Shown: in pieces, positions 48,283 through 49,206 of the stretch
Numbering within the stretch: position 1 is the first letter of the stretch
How the letters are laid out: the number at the start of each line of letters is the position of its first letter
NCBI GenBank assembly: GCA_938084645.1
Contig: CALKEP010000029.1
Location: 1-49,206 of the forward strand
Reading direction: 5' to 3'
Source: an uncultured Phycisphaerales bacterium
Lineage (GTDB): Bacteria; Planctomycetota; Phycisphaerae; Phycisphaerales; SM1A02
Length of the DNA: 49,206 nucleotides
Notes under the pieces: generated by a model
The model's database searches: none
What the model was told of the DNA's origin: nothing
Seen by the model: only the letters and a program-made list of their open reading frames with translations
Made by a program: the position numbers and the translations under genes

Positions 48283-49203
48283 ATGAACATCAGCTTGAAT
48301 TCGTCGATCACGCTCGGCGCCGCGGTCCTTCTTCTGTTCTCGGCGACGTCGGCGACGGTCGGACAGGTCGGTGATCCTCCCTCGCCGATCGCGAAACCCG
48401 CCAAGAGACAGACGGCGCCGTCCACGACTCCCGAGAAGTCCGGATGGCGACCGCTCTTCAATGGCCGGAACCTCGATGGCTGGATCTACAAGGAACGCGG
48501 GTCCGAACTCGGGGTGGATCCTTCGTCGACGGTCAAGGTCGAGGACGGCGTGATCCGCATGGACTATTCGGGCTGGGATTCGTTCGAGGGCCGCTTCGGC
48601 CACCTCTTCCACGAGATTCCGTTCGACCGCTACCGAATCCGCGTGGTCTATCGCTTCCTCGGCGACCAGGTGAAGGGCGGGCCGGGCTGGGCCTACCGGA
48701 ACAGCGGGATCATGCTTCATTGCCAGGATCCGAAATCGATGCGCACCGATCAGGACTTTCCGGTCTCGGTCGAAGTGCAGCTGCTCGGTGGAAGTGGTTC
48801 CGGCAAGCGGTCGACCGCGAATCTCTGCACGCCGGGCACCAACGTCGAGATGAAGCAGGAGGTCGTCACGCGGCACTGCACCAATTCGAAGAGCGAGACG
48901 TTCCACGGCGACCAGTGGGTGACCGCGGAGGTCGAGGTGCTCGGCAACGACTCGATCACCCACTTCGTGAACGGCGTCCAGGTGATGCAGTACCAGCGGC
49001 CGCAGCTGGACCCGAACGATCCCGACGCGCAGACCCTGATGCGGATCCGGAACGGCGAGGTCATGCTGGATCGGGGATGGATCTCGCTCCAGGGCGAGAG
49101 TCATCCGGTCGAGTTCAAGTCGGTCGAGATCAAGCCCCTGCCCGCCGCGGCCCCGGGTGGGGCGAAGCCGACCGCGTCACCCGCGCCCCGCAAGGGCGAT
49201 TGA
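48283..49203 (+). CDS. Exported DUF1080 (3-keto-disaccharide hydrolase-like) protein
   Basis: Signal peptide; WRPLFNGRNLDGW, NSGIMLH, EVQLL, VNG, GWISLQGESHPVEFK. Confidence 0.9.
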   Translation: MNISLNSSITLGAAVLLLFSATSATVGQVGDPPSPIAKPAKRQTAPSTTPEKSGWRPLFNGRNLDGWIYKERGSELGVDPSSTVKVEDGVIRMDYSGWDSFEGRFGHLFHEIPFDRYRIRVVYRFLGDQVKGGPGWAYRNSGIMLHCQDPKSMRTDQDFPVSVEVQLLGGSGSGKRSTANLCTPGTNVEMKQEVVTRHCTNSKSETFHGDQWVTAEVEVLGNDSITHFVNGVQVMQYQRPQLDPNDPDAQTLMRIRNGEVMLDRGWISLQGESHPVEFKSVEIKPLPAAAPGGAKPTASPAPRKGD

Positions 49204-49206
49204 TCG

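Overview
GC-rich bacterial chromosomal window, mostly housekeeping. Ribosomal protein sequences, absence of rpmD, an Hc1-like gene, sulfatases, a DUF1080 protein and a type III PKS trio suggest Planctomycetota, probably Phycisphaerae (inference, not a database result). Left arm (1-20.3 kb): fabZ-like dehydratase, Hc1-like histone-like protein, purB, ECF sigma/anti-sigma pair separated by a 13-bp tandem repeat, a coupled gmhB-small ORF-heptosyltransferase-plsY operon, PPi-dependent Pfk, lysS, astB, transglutaminase-nnrD-yhaM, and a GT2 plus BshC-like pair. Centre (20.4-37.6 kb): S10-spc-alpha ribosomal superoperon lacking rpmD, adk and rpsD, then pheS. Right arm: a sugar ABC transporter interrupted by an oppositely oriented sulfatase, a methyltransferase-FAD oxidoreductase-type III PKS cluster, a second sulfatase and a DUF1080 protein. 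No tRNA, rRNA, CRISPR array or intact mobile element was seen. Best candidates for undescribed biology: the BshC-like ligase paired with a GT2, a small protein that looks like a catalytically dead IS200/Y1 HUH fold inside the LPS/lipid operon, a short zinc-free S14, and a structured 181-nt rplC-rplD spacer. Start codons were chosen by eye and several are uncertain.
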